Assembly (NCBI RefSeq): GCF_018350175.1
Contig: NC_058368.1
Location: forward strand, 185,382,001 to 185,446,000
Reading direction: 5' to 3'
Source: Felis catus
Taxonomy: Eukaryota
DNA: 64,000 nt
Under the pieces are notes generated by a model. The model saw only the letters and a program-made list of their open reading frames with translations. It was not told the DNA's origin and searched no databases. Of the stretch, positions 1-12,880 are shown one piece after another. The translations under genes were made by a program, and so were the position numbers. Each line of letters begins with the position of its first letter. Positions within the stretch are counted from its first letter, which is position 1.

Positions 1-3000
1 TAGGGTAGGTCTATTTTTAATTTTCTGAGGAACCTCCACACTGCTTTCCAGAGCGGCTCACCAATTTGCATTCCCACCAACAGTGCAAGAGGGTTCCCGT
101 TTCTCCACATCCTCTCCAGCATCTATAGTCTCCTGATTTGTTCATTTTGGCCACTCTGACTGGCGTGAGGTGATATCTGAGTGTGGTTTTGATTTGTATT
201 TCCCTGATAAGGAGCGACATTGAACATCTTTTCATGTGCCTGTTGGCCATCCGGATGTCTTCTTTAGAAAAGTGTCTATTCATGTTTTCTGCCCATTTCT
301 TCACTGGCTTATTTGTTTTTCGGGTGTGGAGTTTGGTGAGCTCTTTATAGATTTTGGATACTAGCCCTTTGTCTGATATGTCATTTGCGAATATCTTTTC
401 CCATTCTGTTGGTTGCCTTTTAGTTTTGTTGGTTGTTTCCTTTGCTGTGAAGAAGCTTTTTATCTTCATAAGGTCCCAGTAATTCACTTTTGCTTTTAAT
501 TCCCTTGCCTTTGGGGATGTGTCAAGTAAGAGATTGCTACGGCTGAGGTCAGAGAGGTCTTTTCCTGCTTTCTCCTCTAAGGTTTTGATGGTTTCCTGTC
601 TCACATTTAGGTCCTTTATCCATTTGGAGTTTATTTTTGTGAATGGTGTGAGAAAGTGGTCTAGTTTCAACCTTCTGCATGTTGCTGTCCAGTTCTCCCA
701 GCACCATTTGTTAAAGAGGCTGTCTTTTTTCCATTGGATGTTCTTTCCTGCTTTGTCAAAGATGAGTTGGCCATACGTTTGTGGGTCTAGTTCTGGGGTT
801 TCTATTCTATTCCATTGGTCTATGTGTCTGTTTTTGTGCCAATACCATGCTGTCTTGATGATGACAGCTTTGTAGTAGAGGCTAAAGTCTGGGATTGTGA
901 TGCCTCCTGTTTTAGTCTTCTTCTTCAAAATTCCTTTGGCTATTCGGGGCCTTTTGTGGTTCCATATGAATTTTAGGATTGCTTGTTCTAGTTTCGAGAA
1001 GAATGCTGGTGCAATTTTGATTGGGATTGCATTGAATGTGTAGATAGCTTTGGGTAGTATTGACATTTTGACAATATTTATTTTTCCAATCCATGAGCAG
1101 GGAATGTCTTTCCATTTCTTTAAATCTTCTTCAATTTCCTTTAAAGCTTTCTATAGTTTTCAGCATACAGATCCTTTACATCTTTGGTTAGATTTATTCC
1201 TAGGTATTTTATGCTTCTTGGTGCAATTGTGAATGGGATCAGTTTCTTTATTTGTCTTTCTGTTGCTTCATTGTTAGTGTATAAGAATGCAACTGATTTC
1301 TGTACATTGATTTTGTATCCTGCAACTTTGCTGAATTCCTGTATCAGTTCTAGCAGACTTTTGGTGGAGTCTATCGGATTTTCCATGTATAATATCATGT
1401 CATCTGCAAAAAGCGAAAGCTTGACTTCATCTTTGCCAATTTTGAAGCCTTTGATTTCCTTTTGTTGTCTGATTGCTGATGCTAGAACTTCCAGCACTAT
1501 GTTAAACAGCAGCGGTGAGAGTGGGCATCCTTGTCGTGTTCCTGATCTCAGGGAAAAAGCTCTCAGGTTTTCCCCGTTGAGGATGATGTTAGCTGTGGGC
1601 TTTTCATAAATGGCTTTTATGATCTTTAAGTATGTTCCTTCTATCCCGACTTTCTCAAGGGTTTTTATTAAGAAAGGGTGCTGGATTTTGCCAAAGGCCT
1701 TTTCTGCATCGATTGGCAGGATCATATGGTTCTTCTCTTTTTTTTTGTTAATGTGATGTATCACGTTGATTGATTTGCGAATGTTGAACCAGCTCTGCAT
1801 CCCAGGAATGAATCCCACTTGATCATGGTGAAGAATTCTTTTTATATGCCGTTGAATTCGATTTGCTAGTATCGTACTGAGAATTTTTGCATCCATATTC
1901 ATCAGGGATATTGGCCTGTAGTTCTCTTTTTTTACTGGGTCTCTGTCTGGTTTAGGAATCAAAGTAATACTGGCTTCATAGAATGAGTCTGGAAGTTTTC
2001 CTTCCCTTTCTATTTCTTGGAATAGCTTGAGAAGGATAGGTATTATCTCTGCTTTAAATGTCTGGTAGAACTCCCCTGGGAAGCCATCTGGTCCTGGACT
2101 CTTATTTGTTGGGAGATTTTTGATAACCGATTCAATTTCTTCGCTGGTTATGGGTCTGTTCAAGCTTTCTATTTCCTCCTGATTGAGTTTTGGAAGAGTG
2201 TGGGTGTTCAGAAATTTGTCCATTTCTTCCAGGTTGTCCAATTTGTTGGCATATAATTTTTCATAGTATTCCCTGATAATTGTTTGTATCTCTGAGGGAT
2301 TGGTTGTAATAATTCCATTTCCATTCATGATGTTATCTATTTGGGTCATCTCCCTTTTCTTTTTGAGAAGCCTGGCTAGAGGTTTGTCAATTTTGTTTAT
2401 TTTTTCAAAAAACCAACTCTTGGTTTTGTTGATCTGCTCTACAGTTTTTTTAGATTCTATATTGTTTATTTCTGCTCTGATCTTTATTATTTCTCTTCTT
2501 CTGCTGGGTTTAGGCTGCCTTTGCTGTTCTGCTTCTAGTTCCTTTAGGTGTGCTGTTAGATTTTGTATTTGGGATTTTTCTTGTTTCTTGAGATACGCCT
2601 GGATTGCAATGTATTTTCCTCTCAGGACTGCCTTCGCTGCGTCCCAAAGCGTTTGGATTGTTGTATTTTCATTTTCGTTTGTTTCCATATATTTTTTAAT
2701 TTCTTCTCTAATTGCCTGGTTGACCCACTCATTCGTTAGTAGGGTGTTCTTTAACCTCCATGCCTTTGGAGGTTTTCCAGACTTTTTCCTGTGGTTGATT
2801 TCAAGCTTCATAGCATTGTGGTCTGAAAGTATGCATGGTATAATTTCAATTCTTGTAAACTTATGAAGGGCTGTTTTGTGACCCAGTATATGATCTATCT
2901 TGGAGAATGTTCCATGTGCACTCGAGAAGAAAGTATATTCTGTTGCTTTGGGATGCAGCGTTCTAAATATATCTGTCAAGTCCATCTGATCCAATGTCTC

Positions 3001-3504
3001 ATTCAGGGCCCTTGTTTCTTTATTGACCGTGTGTCTAGATGATCTGTCCATTTCTGTAAGTGGGGTGTTAAAGTCCCCTGCAATTACCACATTCTTATCG
3101 ATAAGGTTGCTTATATTTATGAGTAATTGTTTTATATATTTGGGGGCTCCGGTATTCGGCGCATAGACATTTATAATTGTTAGCTCTTCCTGATGGATAG
3201 ACCCTGTAACTATTATATAATGTCCTTCTTCATCTCTTGTTACAGCCTTTAATTTAAAGTCTAGTTTGTCTGATATAAGTATGGCTACTCCAGCTTTCTT
3301 TTGGCTTCCAGTCGCATGATAAATAGTTCTCCATCCCCTCACTCTCAATCTAAAGGTGTCCTCAGGTCTAAAATGAGTCTCTTGTAGACAGCAAATAGAT
3401 GGGTCTTGTTTTTTTATCCATTCTGATACCCTATGTCTTTTGGTTGGAGCATTTAATCCATTTACATTCAGTGTTATTATAGAAAGATACGGGTTGAGAG
3501 TCAT
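1..3504 (-). pseudogene. L1 ORF2p (endonuclease/reverse transcriptase) of copy A, disrupted
   Basis: The ATG at 3504 starts [18 protein letters not shown]; motifs GDFNTPL, SDHN, QGCPLSP and LFADD are present. A stop/frameshift lies at ~1141 (ttaaagc versus tcataagc in copy B), and another frameshift follows HCWWECKLV near position 55. Confidence 0.96.
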
Positions 3505-3554
3505 TGTGATGTCTGTATGTTTTATGCTTGTACTGATGTCTCTGGGACTTTGTC

Positions 3555-4447
3555 TCACAGGGTCCCCCTTAGGATCTCTTGTAGGGCTGGTTTAGTGGTG
3601 ACAAATTCCTTCAGTTTTTGTTTGTTTGGGAAGACCTTTATCTCTCCTTCTATTCTAAATGACAGACTTGCTGGATAAAGGATTCTCGGCTGCATACTTT
3701 TTCTGTCTAGCACCCTGAAAATCTCATGCCAATTCTTTCTGGCCTGCCAAGTTTCAAAAGAGAGATCAGTCACGAGTCTTATAGGTCTCCCTTTATATGT
3801 TAGAGCACGTTTATCTCTAGCTGCTTTCAGAATTTTCTCTTTATCCTTGTATTTTGCCAGTTTCACTATGATATGTCGTGCAGAAGATCGATTCAAGTTA
3901 CGTCTGAAGGGAGTTCTCTGTGCCTCTTGGATTTCAATGCCTTTTTCCTTCCCCAGTTCAGGGAAGTTCTCAGCTATTATTTCTTCAAGTACCCCTTCAG
4001 CACCTTTCCCTCTCTCTTCCTCCTCTGGGATACCAATTATGCGTATATTATTTCTTTTTAGTGTATCACTTAGTTCTCTAATTTTCCCCTCATACTCCTG
4101 GATTTTTTATCTCTCTTTTTCTCAGCTTCCTCTTTTTCCATAACTTTATCTTCTAGTTCACCTATTCTCTCCTCTGCCTCTTCAAGCCGAGCTGTGGTGG
4201 TTTCCATTTTGTTATGCAATTCGTTTAAAGCGTTTTTCAGCTCCTCGTGACTGTTCCTTAGTCCCTTGATCTCTGTAGCAAGAGATTCTCTGCTGTCCTG
4301 TATACTGTTTTCAAGCCCAGCGATTAATTTTATGACTATTATTCTAAATTCACTTTCTGTTATATTATTTAAATCCTTTTTGATCAGCTCATTAGCTGTT
4401 GTTATGTCCTGGAGATTCTTCTGAGGGGAATTCTTCCACTTGGTCAT
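3555..4447 (-). pseudogene. L1 ORF1p of copy A, with one frameshift
   Basis: MTKWKNSPQK... coiled coil, then ...RHIIVKL...RILYPA...LQEILRGTL*. The frame breaks at a T6 run near 4103-4108; T7 would restore a 297-aa ORF. Confidence 0.95.
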
Positions 4448-4779
4448 TTTGGATAGTCCCTGGCGTGGTGAGGACCTGCAGGGCACTTCCCCTGTGCTGT
4501 GGTATATAACTGGAGTTGGTGGGCGGGGCCGCAGTCAGACCTGATGTCTGCCCCCAGCCCACTGCTGGGGCCACAGTCAGACTGGTGTGTGCCTTCTCTT
4601 CCCCTCTCCTAGGGGCGGGATTCACTGTGGGGTGGTGTGGCCCGTCTGGGCTACTTGCACACTGCCAGGCTTGTGATGCTGGGGATCTGGCGTATTAGCT
4701 GGGGTGGGTAGGCAAGGTGCATGGGGGCAGGAGGGGCAGGCTTAGATCGCTTCTCCTTAGGTGATCCACTTCAGGAGGG

Positions 4780-5375
4780 GCCCGTGGCAGCGGGAGGGAG
4801 TCAGATCCGCTGCCAGAGGTTTGGCTCCGCAGAAGCACAGAGTTGGGTGTTTGCGCAGAGCGAGCAAGTTCCCTGGCAGGAACTGGATCTCTTTGGGATT
4901 TTGGCTGGGGGATGGGCGGGGGAGATGGCGCTGGCGAGTGCCTTTGTTCCCCACCAAACTGAGCTCTCTCGTCAGGGGCTCAGCAGCTCTCCCTCCCTTT
5001 GTCCTCCAGCCTTCCCACTTTCCGAGCAGAGCTGTTAACTTATGACCTCCCAGACGCTAAGTCGCGCTTGTTGTGGGAACACAGTCCGTCAGGCCCCTCC
5101 GCTTTTGCAAGCCAGACTCGGGGGCTCTGCTTGGCCGGCGAGCCGCCCCTCCGCCCTGGCTCCCTCCCGCCAGTCCGTGGAGCGCGCACTGCCTCGCCGC
5201 CCTTCCTACCCTCTTCCGTGGGCCTCTCGTCTGCATTTGGCTCCGGCGACTTCGTTCTGCTAATCCTCTGGCGGTTTTCTGGGTTATTTAGGCAGGTGTA
5301 GGTGGAATCTAAGTGATCAGCAGGACGTGCGGTGAGCCCAGTGTCCTCCTAAGCTGCCATCTTGCAGCTATCTCC
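4780..5375 (-). promoter_or_regulatory. CpG-rich internal promoter region of the L1 5'UTR
   Basis: GC-rich with many retained CpGs in a CpG-poor window; YY1-like motif at the start. Promoter role is by analogy with mammalian L1s. Confidence 0.7.
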
Positions 5376-5417
5376 TCAATTCATCTTAATTATATTATTA
5401 CTTTGTTGTTGTTAAGA

Positions 5418-5419
<2 letters not shown>

Positions 5420-5472
<53 letters not shown>
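5420..5472. repeat. (TA)n microsatellite
   Basis: Directly visible. Confidence 0.97.
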
Positions 5473-5476
<4 letters not shown>

Positions 5477-5735
5477 GCTAACATATTTTAAGGTTTGTAA
5501 CCATAATTCCATAGTTTTACAAACTTGATTCTATATTCAAATTGACTTATTACTTCTTATTCTTTTTCATGGTTCTTCTCTTCCTAAGTTATTTATGTCT
5601 TGGTTGGATTTCATACTGGAGTGAGTTTGTTTTATTTTTGAAAATAAATTCTATTTCCTATTTTCTTATATACTTGTGCATGTTGTTCTCGGCATAATAT
5701 TCTTGGACCATACTTTCCCTCAACATCTTGCACAA

Positions 5736-6202
5736 TGTATTAGCTTCCTGTGGTTGCCATAACAAATTACCACAGTTGGTGACTTAAATAAAAAAACATA
5801 TATTGATTCTCTCACAGATCTGAAGGGTAGAAGCCTGAAATCCATCAAGACTGATCTCCCTCTAGGGGGTCTAGTGTGGAATCTCTTCTTTGCTTCTTTC
5901 AGCTTCTGACGGCTGCCTTGGTATTCCTGGGTTTATGGTTATATCACTGCAATTTCTGCTTCTGTCTCCTTAGCACCTTCTCCTCTGTATGTCTTATGAA
6001 ATTTCCACTTGTCTCTATTTTAAAAAGGCACTTACAATAAATAGCATTTAGAACCCACCTGGATAATTCAGTGTCATGTCTTCTCAAGATTTCTTAATTA
6101 GTCAAATCTTATAAACATATTTTTTCCAAATAAGGTAACATTTATAAATTTCAGGGATTAGGACTTGATATATTTGGTATGACCATTTTTTAACCTACTG
6201 CA
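5736..6202. mobile_element. MaLR LTR (MLT1C-like)
   Basis: Starts tgtattagcttcctgtggttgccataacaaattaccaca and ends ccaaataaggtaacatt...gattaggactt...taacctactgca. These match MLT1 termini as recognised by eye. Confidence 0.75.
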
Positions 6203-6939
6203 CACATTAATCTACTTTATTTTGGTGTTGAGTATTGCCATAGAGTACTCTGAGGTAAATCAATTTTTTAGTTAGTACATTATTTACTTTTCTTGCTTAC
6301 ATATGTACATTCATTTCTTATTTTTTCTAGTTCACATTGTTGTCTCAACATATGTCTAAATGCTATATCAATATATGGGACACTCTTTTATTCTGAATAT
6401 ATAAATATATTCATATATATTTATATTCGTAAAACGTTTGCTATTTCAAGGATAGTTTTATTATATCCTGAACACTTTTTTCTGTTACAGTTTTTCTGCA
6501 TATATACTGTGTGTATACTTTATGTTCATAATTTTTCTCTGCAGTTTCATGCACATGTCTTGTGATGGTTTGTTTCTGATTATTATCTACTCCTTAAGAA
6601 GGCTGACTACTTGCTGAAGAATTAAACTGGAACAGTCCATGCCTCTGACATGTGTCAGTTGCCTTGTGGCAATTCTCACCAATCTTGTTAATTTCATTAT
6701 ATTTCTCCTAATAATCAGCTCTTTAAGCAAAATCTTTGAAAGATCCCCAGTCAGTTTGGAGTCTGGTACAACACTTTTCTTTGACTCTACTTCTTCTAGG
6801 TTTGGTTGTAGAGCAGCATTTTCTAAAATCATGTTGTTCTTTTATCCACCATTGGGATTTTTGTCATATTTTCATTAGTATGTATCTGTTTGGTTTTGTT
6901 TATCAACTCACTCCTGTTAGTTAAATTAACTTATCTAAA

Positions 6940-7147
6940 GGGTGCCTGGGTGTCTCAGTAGTTAAGCGTCCAACTTCAGGTCAGGTCATGATCTCATGGT
7001 TCATGAGTTCAAGCTTCCCATCAGGCTCTTTGCTGACAGCTCAGAGCCTGGAGCTGGCTTCAGATTCTGTGTCTCCCTTTCTCTCTGCTCCTCTCCTGCT
7101 CGTGTTATGTCTCTCTCAAAAATAATAAACAATAAAAAAAATTTAAA
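6940..7147 (+). mobile_element. CanSINE (SINEC_Fc-like)
   Basis: gggtgcctgggtgtctcag head, CT-rich tract, A tail, TSD ttatctaaag. Confidence 0.93.
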
Positions 7148-8546
7148 TTATCTAAAGTGGAGACCTTGTATCATCATGTGAGTTAAACACTAGGATCACT
7201 TTCTGTGAAAAGTAGCAGTAAAATAATAGAGAAAACATACATTGCTTCTCAAGTCCTGCCTGTACTTTGCCAGATGAGTTTGACACATTTTAATGAGATA
7301 ATAAAGAAATACTATTATCAAACAAAGAGTATTTTTAAACCTTAGAAGAATCGAGAAGAGCTGAGGAAGAAATTATTCTATGTGAGTCAACTAGAGCAGC
7401 TGCATTGTTTCACTGCTTTATGTGTTGTATTTTCTTGCAGAATTTGTTTGAAGACAAGTTTTCACTACTAAAAGGATTTAAATTCACTCTTTTAGATTAT
7501 CTACAACTTCGAAAGCTAGAAGCTTGAGAAAGTATGCTAAATTTCTCAGTTTTCAGAGAAAATATTCACTAGATGTTGCCTCTCTGTTGACTATATTGTA
7601 TAATATGTAAATAGATAGATATTTTTGAGAACATAAAGTTAACTATCATATTTCAGAATATAAATTTACATACATATAAATACTTGTTAAAATTGAAAGA
7701 TTTTTAGTTTGGGTTAAAAAAAGCCAATATATGTTATTATATATTATTTCTTACAGGATATACACCTAAAACAAAATTATATAAAGTTTAAAAATCAAAA
7801 AAATGGTCAAAGGCACACATAAACAAAGGCATACAATCTAGCAAATATGCATCTAGGTATTCAACTAATTTGAACAGTTATGTCCACATAAAAACCTGCA
7901 TGTAAATTTTTATGACAGCTTTATTCAGAAATTGCCAAAAACTTGAAGCAACCAAGATGTCCTTCACTTATTGAATAAACACACTGGGATATATTTATGT
8001 AAGGAAATACTTGTCCGTAATAAGAATAAATCAGCTATCAAACCACAAAATTATATAGATGAATCTTCAGTGTGTATTGCTAAGTGAAGGAGGGGAATCT
8101 GGTAGGCTATGTACTGATACTGTATTATTCCAATTGTAAATTGTCTGACATTCTAGAGGTGGCAAGTTACAGAGATTACAGAAAGATCATTACTTGCTAC
8201 GAGTTTGTGTCAAGTTGGTCGAGGTGAAAGATGAAGCTCAGGGAACTTTTGTGGGTAGTAAGACTGCACGGGACTTCAGTGGTGGATACAGGATACTATA
8301 CATTTGTGAAAACATTTGCAGCACAAAGAGTGAAACTTAATTTGTACGCAAATTGGTAAAATATCATTTGGTAGGTCAGGGGATCCCAGGAAGGAATGCA
8401 GAATATGAAAAAGCAATTTAATGATATTACAAATGTATCAAACAACCTCCGTGAAGAGGTGTAGGTGTGCGGGAAGTGTTGACATAAATTCAGAAACAGG
8501 TAGGGTCTGTAAGACGAAAGGCTAAACAAAGCACTGTGTTGTAATT

Positions 8547-8770
8547 AAAAAAATTTTTTTTAATGTTTGTTTATTTTTGAGAGAGAGAGAGAGAGAGGGA
8601 GGGAGAGGGAGAGGGAAGGGCAGAGAGAGAGGGAGACACAGAGTCCAAAGCAGGCTCCAGGCTCTGAGCTGTCCACACAGAGCTCAACGCGGGGCCTGAA
8701 CCCACGAGCAGTGAGATCATGACCTGAGCTGAGGTCGGACACTTAACTGACTGAGCCACCCAGGTGCCCC
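8547..8770 (-). mobile_element. CanSINE
   Basis: Poly-T, (GA)n, ends gagccacccaggtgcccc; TSD tgtgttgtaatt/tgtattgtaatt. Confidence 0.95.
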
Positions 8771-10046
8771 TGTATTGTAATTTTTTAAGTTATTTCTCAT
8801 AGAGTTCTAAGCTAACAATTTTCTTACAGTTATACCTGTACACTGGAATTGAACAATTAAGTGAATGAAGGTTGGTGGGAGCTATAGTTCTCATTGTTGG
8901 AATGTATACTAACCCATGCATTAAAACATATCTGCAATTATATGTAATAAATATATTTATTACAATGCATATAAATGCATGGGTTAGTATACATGTATGT
9001 ATTTTCTCATTCCATCAGCTGAGAAAGCCTAGACGTAAGGACACCCTAGTAGCAACAAACACATGTAATCCTCAAATCTTGGTTTCTAATGCCATCCTTC
9101 TCTGAAGGAACCAGAGTTCTTGGAGAAAAGACTGATTCTAGGACTGTGGCAGGAAATACACAAGATAAATCTGGAGTGTCTTGTAGTGCCAGAAAGTAAG
9201 GAAGTGCTAACAACAACAACAACAACAAATGGGAGTGTATCAAAGGGACACAGGAGTCAACTGAAAGAGCTCCCAATGACAAAACAGAAACAATTTGAGC
9301 AAAAAAATAAAGTATTATTGGATTTTAGTCCAAAGTGTAAATGAAACATGTATGAGTCCACAATGATATAACTGATTGACTAAATAAATAAATAGGAGAG
9401 ACTACACAAATCTCCTTTGAAGAAGCATTTCAAATAACTTATATAGACACTGCACCCTTAAGGAGATGGGGTATAACTACCAACTCCTTACATGTGGGCT
9501 GTGTAAAGTGACTTCCTTCTGAAGGGCATGATATGGAGATGGCAAAATAAAGAGTGAATTTACAGTGGGGAAACCCAGAAAACACTGAGATATTAGCCAG
9601 TTGATCAAAGTTAACATCAGCTGTTATGAATCCTCTTGATAGTATGCATCCTTAATATGATATGACGAAAATGGCACTTTATCTCTGTGATCTTCTTTCC
9701 TAAATTCCTAACTCTAGTTCAGTCATGTGAAATATATCCAATAAATCCCAGTTGAAGAATAGTCTACAAATTGCCTGAGTAGTACTGTTGAAACTCTCAG
9801 TGTCATCAATTAACAAGGGAACTCTTGGTCAAAAGCAGACTAAGAGACATAATGAATAAATGTGATGTGGTATCCTGTATGGAATCCTAGAACAAAAAAA
9901 GGGCATTATCTAAAAACTAAGGAAATATTAGTTAATAATAATGTATCCATGCTGGTTAATTGTGACAAATGTATCGTATTAATTTAAGATGCTAATACTA
10001 AGTGAACTAGCTAAGTGGTAACTCTGTTTTCTCTACTTTTTAAAAG

Positions 10047-10259
10047 TATTTTATTTTATTTTGTTTTATTTTATTTTATTTTATTTTGAGAACAATCACG
10101 GGAGGTCCAAAGAGAGAGGGAGAGAGAAAGAATCCCAAGCAAGCTCCCCAGTGACAGCATGGAGCCCGATGTGGGACAGGAACTCACGAACTGTGAGATC
10201 ATGATCTAAGCCAAAACCTAAAGTTGTCTGCTTAACCTACTGAGCCACCCAGGGTTCCC
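10047..10259 (-). mobile_element. CanSINE (diverged)
   Basis: (TTTTA)n tail; ends tgagccacccagggttccc. Confidence 0.9.
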
Positions 10260-10409
10260 TCTGTTTTCATTTTTTATAATTTTTTTTGTTAAGTCTAAAA
10301 TTGTTCTAAAGTTAAAAAGTTAATTAAAAATGAAAAGAAAGCAGAGATAATTTATATTGTATGAATAATATCAATTAGGGGTTGAATAGTCGTTTAAGAG
10401 GAGAGAAAC

Positions 10410-10972
10410 TATATCAGTTTTCTATTGTTGGATAACAAACTGCCTTAAACTTAGTGGCATGAAAGCACAAACGTTTCATTAGGTTCATGGATTCTGTAAT
10501 CAGGAATTAGGAAGAGGTTACAGTGGGGCAGCTTATCTCTACTCCATGATGTCTAAAGCTTGATCTGGAAAGATTTGAAAGCTAGGCATGACCCAATAAT
10601 TGTGGATTGGAAACATCTGAAGGCTTTTTCACTCACATATCTGGTAGTTCATACTGGTGTTAGCTGGGAATTCAGCGGGAACCTTGAACAGTACATGTAA
10701 CCTCACAGTGTGACTACTTGAGCTTCCTCACAACATGGGGGCCAGGTTCCAACAGCACACATCTCACAATAATGAGGTAGAAGTTATAGCAACTTTTATG
10801 AACTAATCTCATAAGTTATATAATGTCAAATATATTATAGTCACAGCCCGCCCAGGTTAGTGAGACATCATTGCCACCTCTTGATGGAAGGGTTGCCAAT
10901 GTCACATGGTAAGACAAGAATGTGATATGAGTGATATTGTTGCAGATGTCTTTGGAAAATGCAATCTACAAT
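10410..10972. mobile_element. MaLR LTR (MLT1 family)
   Basis: tatcagttttctattg...ataacaaactgccttaaacttagtggc...tttggaaaatgcaatctaca. Confidence 0.65.
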
Positions 10973-11078
10973 ATGAAGGCATTAAATAGGCTATTAAATA
11001 AAATGAGTTAATGCATTTAGAAGTAACTGAATATACAATTAGAAGCATTGAAATTCAGTTTTGGTATTTCTGTCTTTA

Positions 11079-11296
11079 TTTAAAAAAATTTTTTTAATGT
11101 TTATTTATTTTTGAGAAAGAGAGAGAGAAAGAGAGAGGGGAGGAGGGGCAGAGAGAGAGGGAGACAGAATCCAAAGCAGGCTCCAGGCTCCAAGCTGTCA
11201 GCACAGAGCCCGACGCGGGGCTCAAACTCACGAACCATGAGATCATGACCTGAGCCAAAGTCGCATGCTTAACCGACTGAGCCACCCAGGTGCCCC
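11079..11296 (-). mobile_element. CanSINE
   Basis: TSD gtatttctgtcttta at 11064-11078 and 11298-11312. Confidence 0.96.
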
Positions 11297-11894
11297 AGTA
11301 TTTCTGTCTTTAATAATATATCCAGGGACCTTTTTAAAGTTCTAAAAGGTCTCATTTCAGATGAAATTATCTTGGGCAGGCAGGCATACTAGTTGGGTGG
11401 ATCCAGACCCTCTGTTTTGGAGATTCTACGTGAAGAAAAGTCTAATGAGTTTTAAGAAAACTCACAGGAAACTACAGAACTATAGAAGTATTTTTATTTT
11501 TTCACTTGTACAAGTGAGAGGAGCTAATGCCGAGGGTATGATAAGTTGAATTAAGGATTCATGGAAGTCTGAATTATACATATAATTCACTGTCACTTCT
11601 GTTTGTCTTTCAATGGATCCTCCACTGTATTATATTGTTGGTATAATAAGAAGAGTCACATGTAACTGAATTGAAAGAAATTAGAGGCAGAGGAAGATGT
11701 GATCTAGTTAGCTTCACCTTCGAAATATGTCAAGTAGGTATTTTGGACAAACTTAACCCATAGATAAAGAATGGGGAAAATAATTTGGAGTTAATCTGTG
11801 TATATGTGGTCTGTTGCATCTGAGGAATTACAGATGCATTACTTATCACACTAGCTTACATCACTTAAATTTATATTATCTTCATTTTATATTA

Positions 11895-12110
11895 TTTTTC
11901 TTTTTAAATATGTTTATTTGAGAGAGAAAGAGAGCGAGAATGCAAGCTGGATGGGGCAGAGAGATAGAGGGAGAAAGAGAATCCCAAGTGGGCTCTACAC
12001 TGACAGCAAGGAGCCTGGAGTCCAATGTGAGTATCACACTTCATGAGTTCATGACCTGAGCTGAAATCAAGAGTCGGATGCTTCACTGACTGAGCCACCC
12101 AGGAGGCCTC
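11895..12110 (-). mobile_element. CanSINE
   Basis: atgacctgagctgaaatcaagagtcggatgc...tgagccacccagg, with a T-rich tail. Confidence 0.9.
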
Positions 12111-12559
12111 TTAATTATTTTATTGTTAAACAAGAAAAGGAAAATAAGAATTGAATTTTAGAAATTAGCAAAATTACATTAAACAGAAGATATTAGAAAG
12201 GAGAAGCTCAAAGTAGAATATAGAACAGCAATAAAAATAATAAATTATTCCCAAATAAAGAATAAAAGGAGAAATTCTAAGTGTACACAATTTAACATTA
12301 GGAATATAACTAGTGGTCTGTAGGAAAAAAAAGATATTTATGAGGATATTACACATGTTATATCTATTAAATATTTCAAAAACCTTGAAGTGAACACTTT
12401 TCTAAGAAAATATAAATTATAAAAATGATACAAGATGATGCAGGGAACTAGAATAGACTCATGACTATAAGAATTTTGAAAAAAGTTGACAAAAACTATA
12501 TTTTCCAACAAGTCATTAATGACCTTCACTTTGCTGAATTCATTAATAAGAGCTTCTAG

Positions 12560-12880
12560 AATGGCACTCTCCAACAGAAATATTGATATGAAGACATATG
12601 TAATGTGAACTACATATGTAACTTAAAATTTATAGTAGCCATGTTAACAAGTAGAGATGAAATTAATATATTTTATTTAAATCAATATATCCAAAATATT
12701 ATCATTCTGAAAATTTCATCCACCTAAAATTATTAATAATTAATACAAATTATTAATGTCACATTCTTTTTTATGTTAAACCATTAAAATCAGTATTTAA
12801 TACAGCACATTCAATATAGACTAGCCATATATTAAATGCTTAATAGCATTGTGACTACTGCAGTGCTCAGTGTGGTTCCA
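12560..12880. mobile_element. hAT-Charlie MITE (MER33/MER3-like)
   Basis: ctccaacagaaatat...gactagccatattaaatgcttaatagc, recognised by eye. Confidence 0.55.

Larger units (their letters stand above)
1..5375 (-). mobile_element. LINE-1 copy A (felid L1), 5'-complete; its 3' end runs off the window start
   Basis: ORF1- and ORF2-like translations, a CpG-rich 5'UTR (~4450-5375), and a YY1-like AAGATGGC at the 5' end (5356-5363). Colinear with copy B at an offset of ~51,450. Confidence 0.98.
7740..10335 (+). mobile_element. Old L1M (L1MC/L1MD-type) 3' region, interrupted by two SINEs
   Basis: Degenerate ORF2 end (ccaaaaacttgaagcaaccaagatgtccttca) followed by a long L1MC/MD-type 3'UTR. Boundaries approximate. 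Confidence 0.7.

Noticed and set aside
519..2866. Plus-strand ORFs of 118-188 aa (also at 51963-54039)
   Set aside because: Antisense shadows of L1 ORF2.
4721..5038. Antisense ORF in the L1 5'UTR, as a possible ORF0 analogue
   Set aside because: Its ATG is ACG in copy B (consistent with CpG decay), and long ORFs are expected in GC-rich sequence.
6587..6832. 81-aa minus-strand ORF with protein-like composition
   Set aside because: No recognisable family, splice context, tail or TSD.
8560..8759. Recurrent MAQSVK...AQVMIS ORFs
   Set aside because: Translations of CanSINEs. Their tRNA-derived heads are not tRNA genes.
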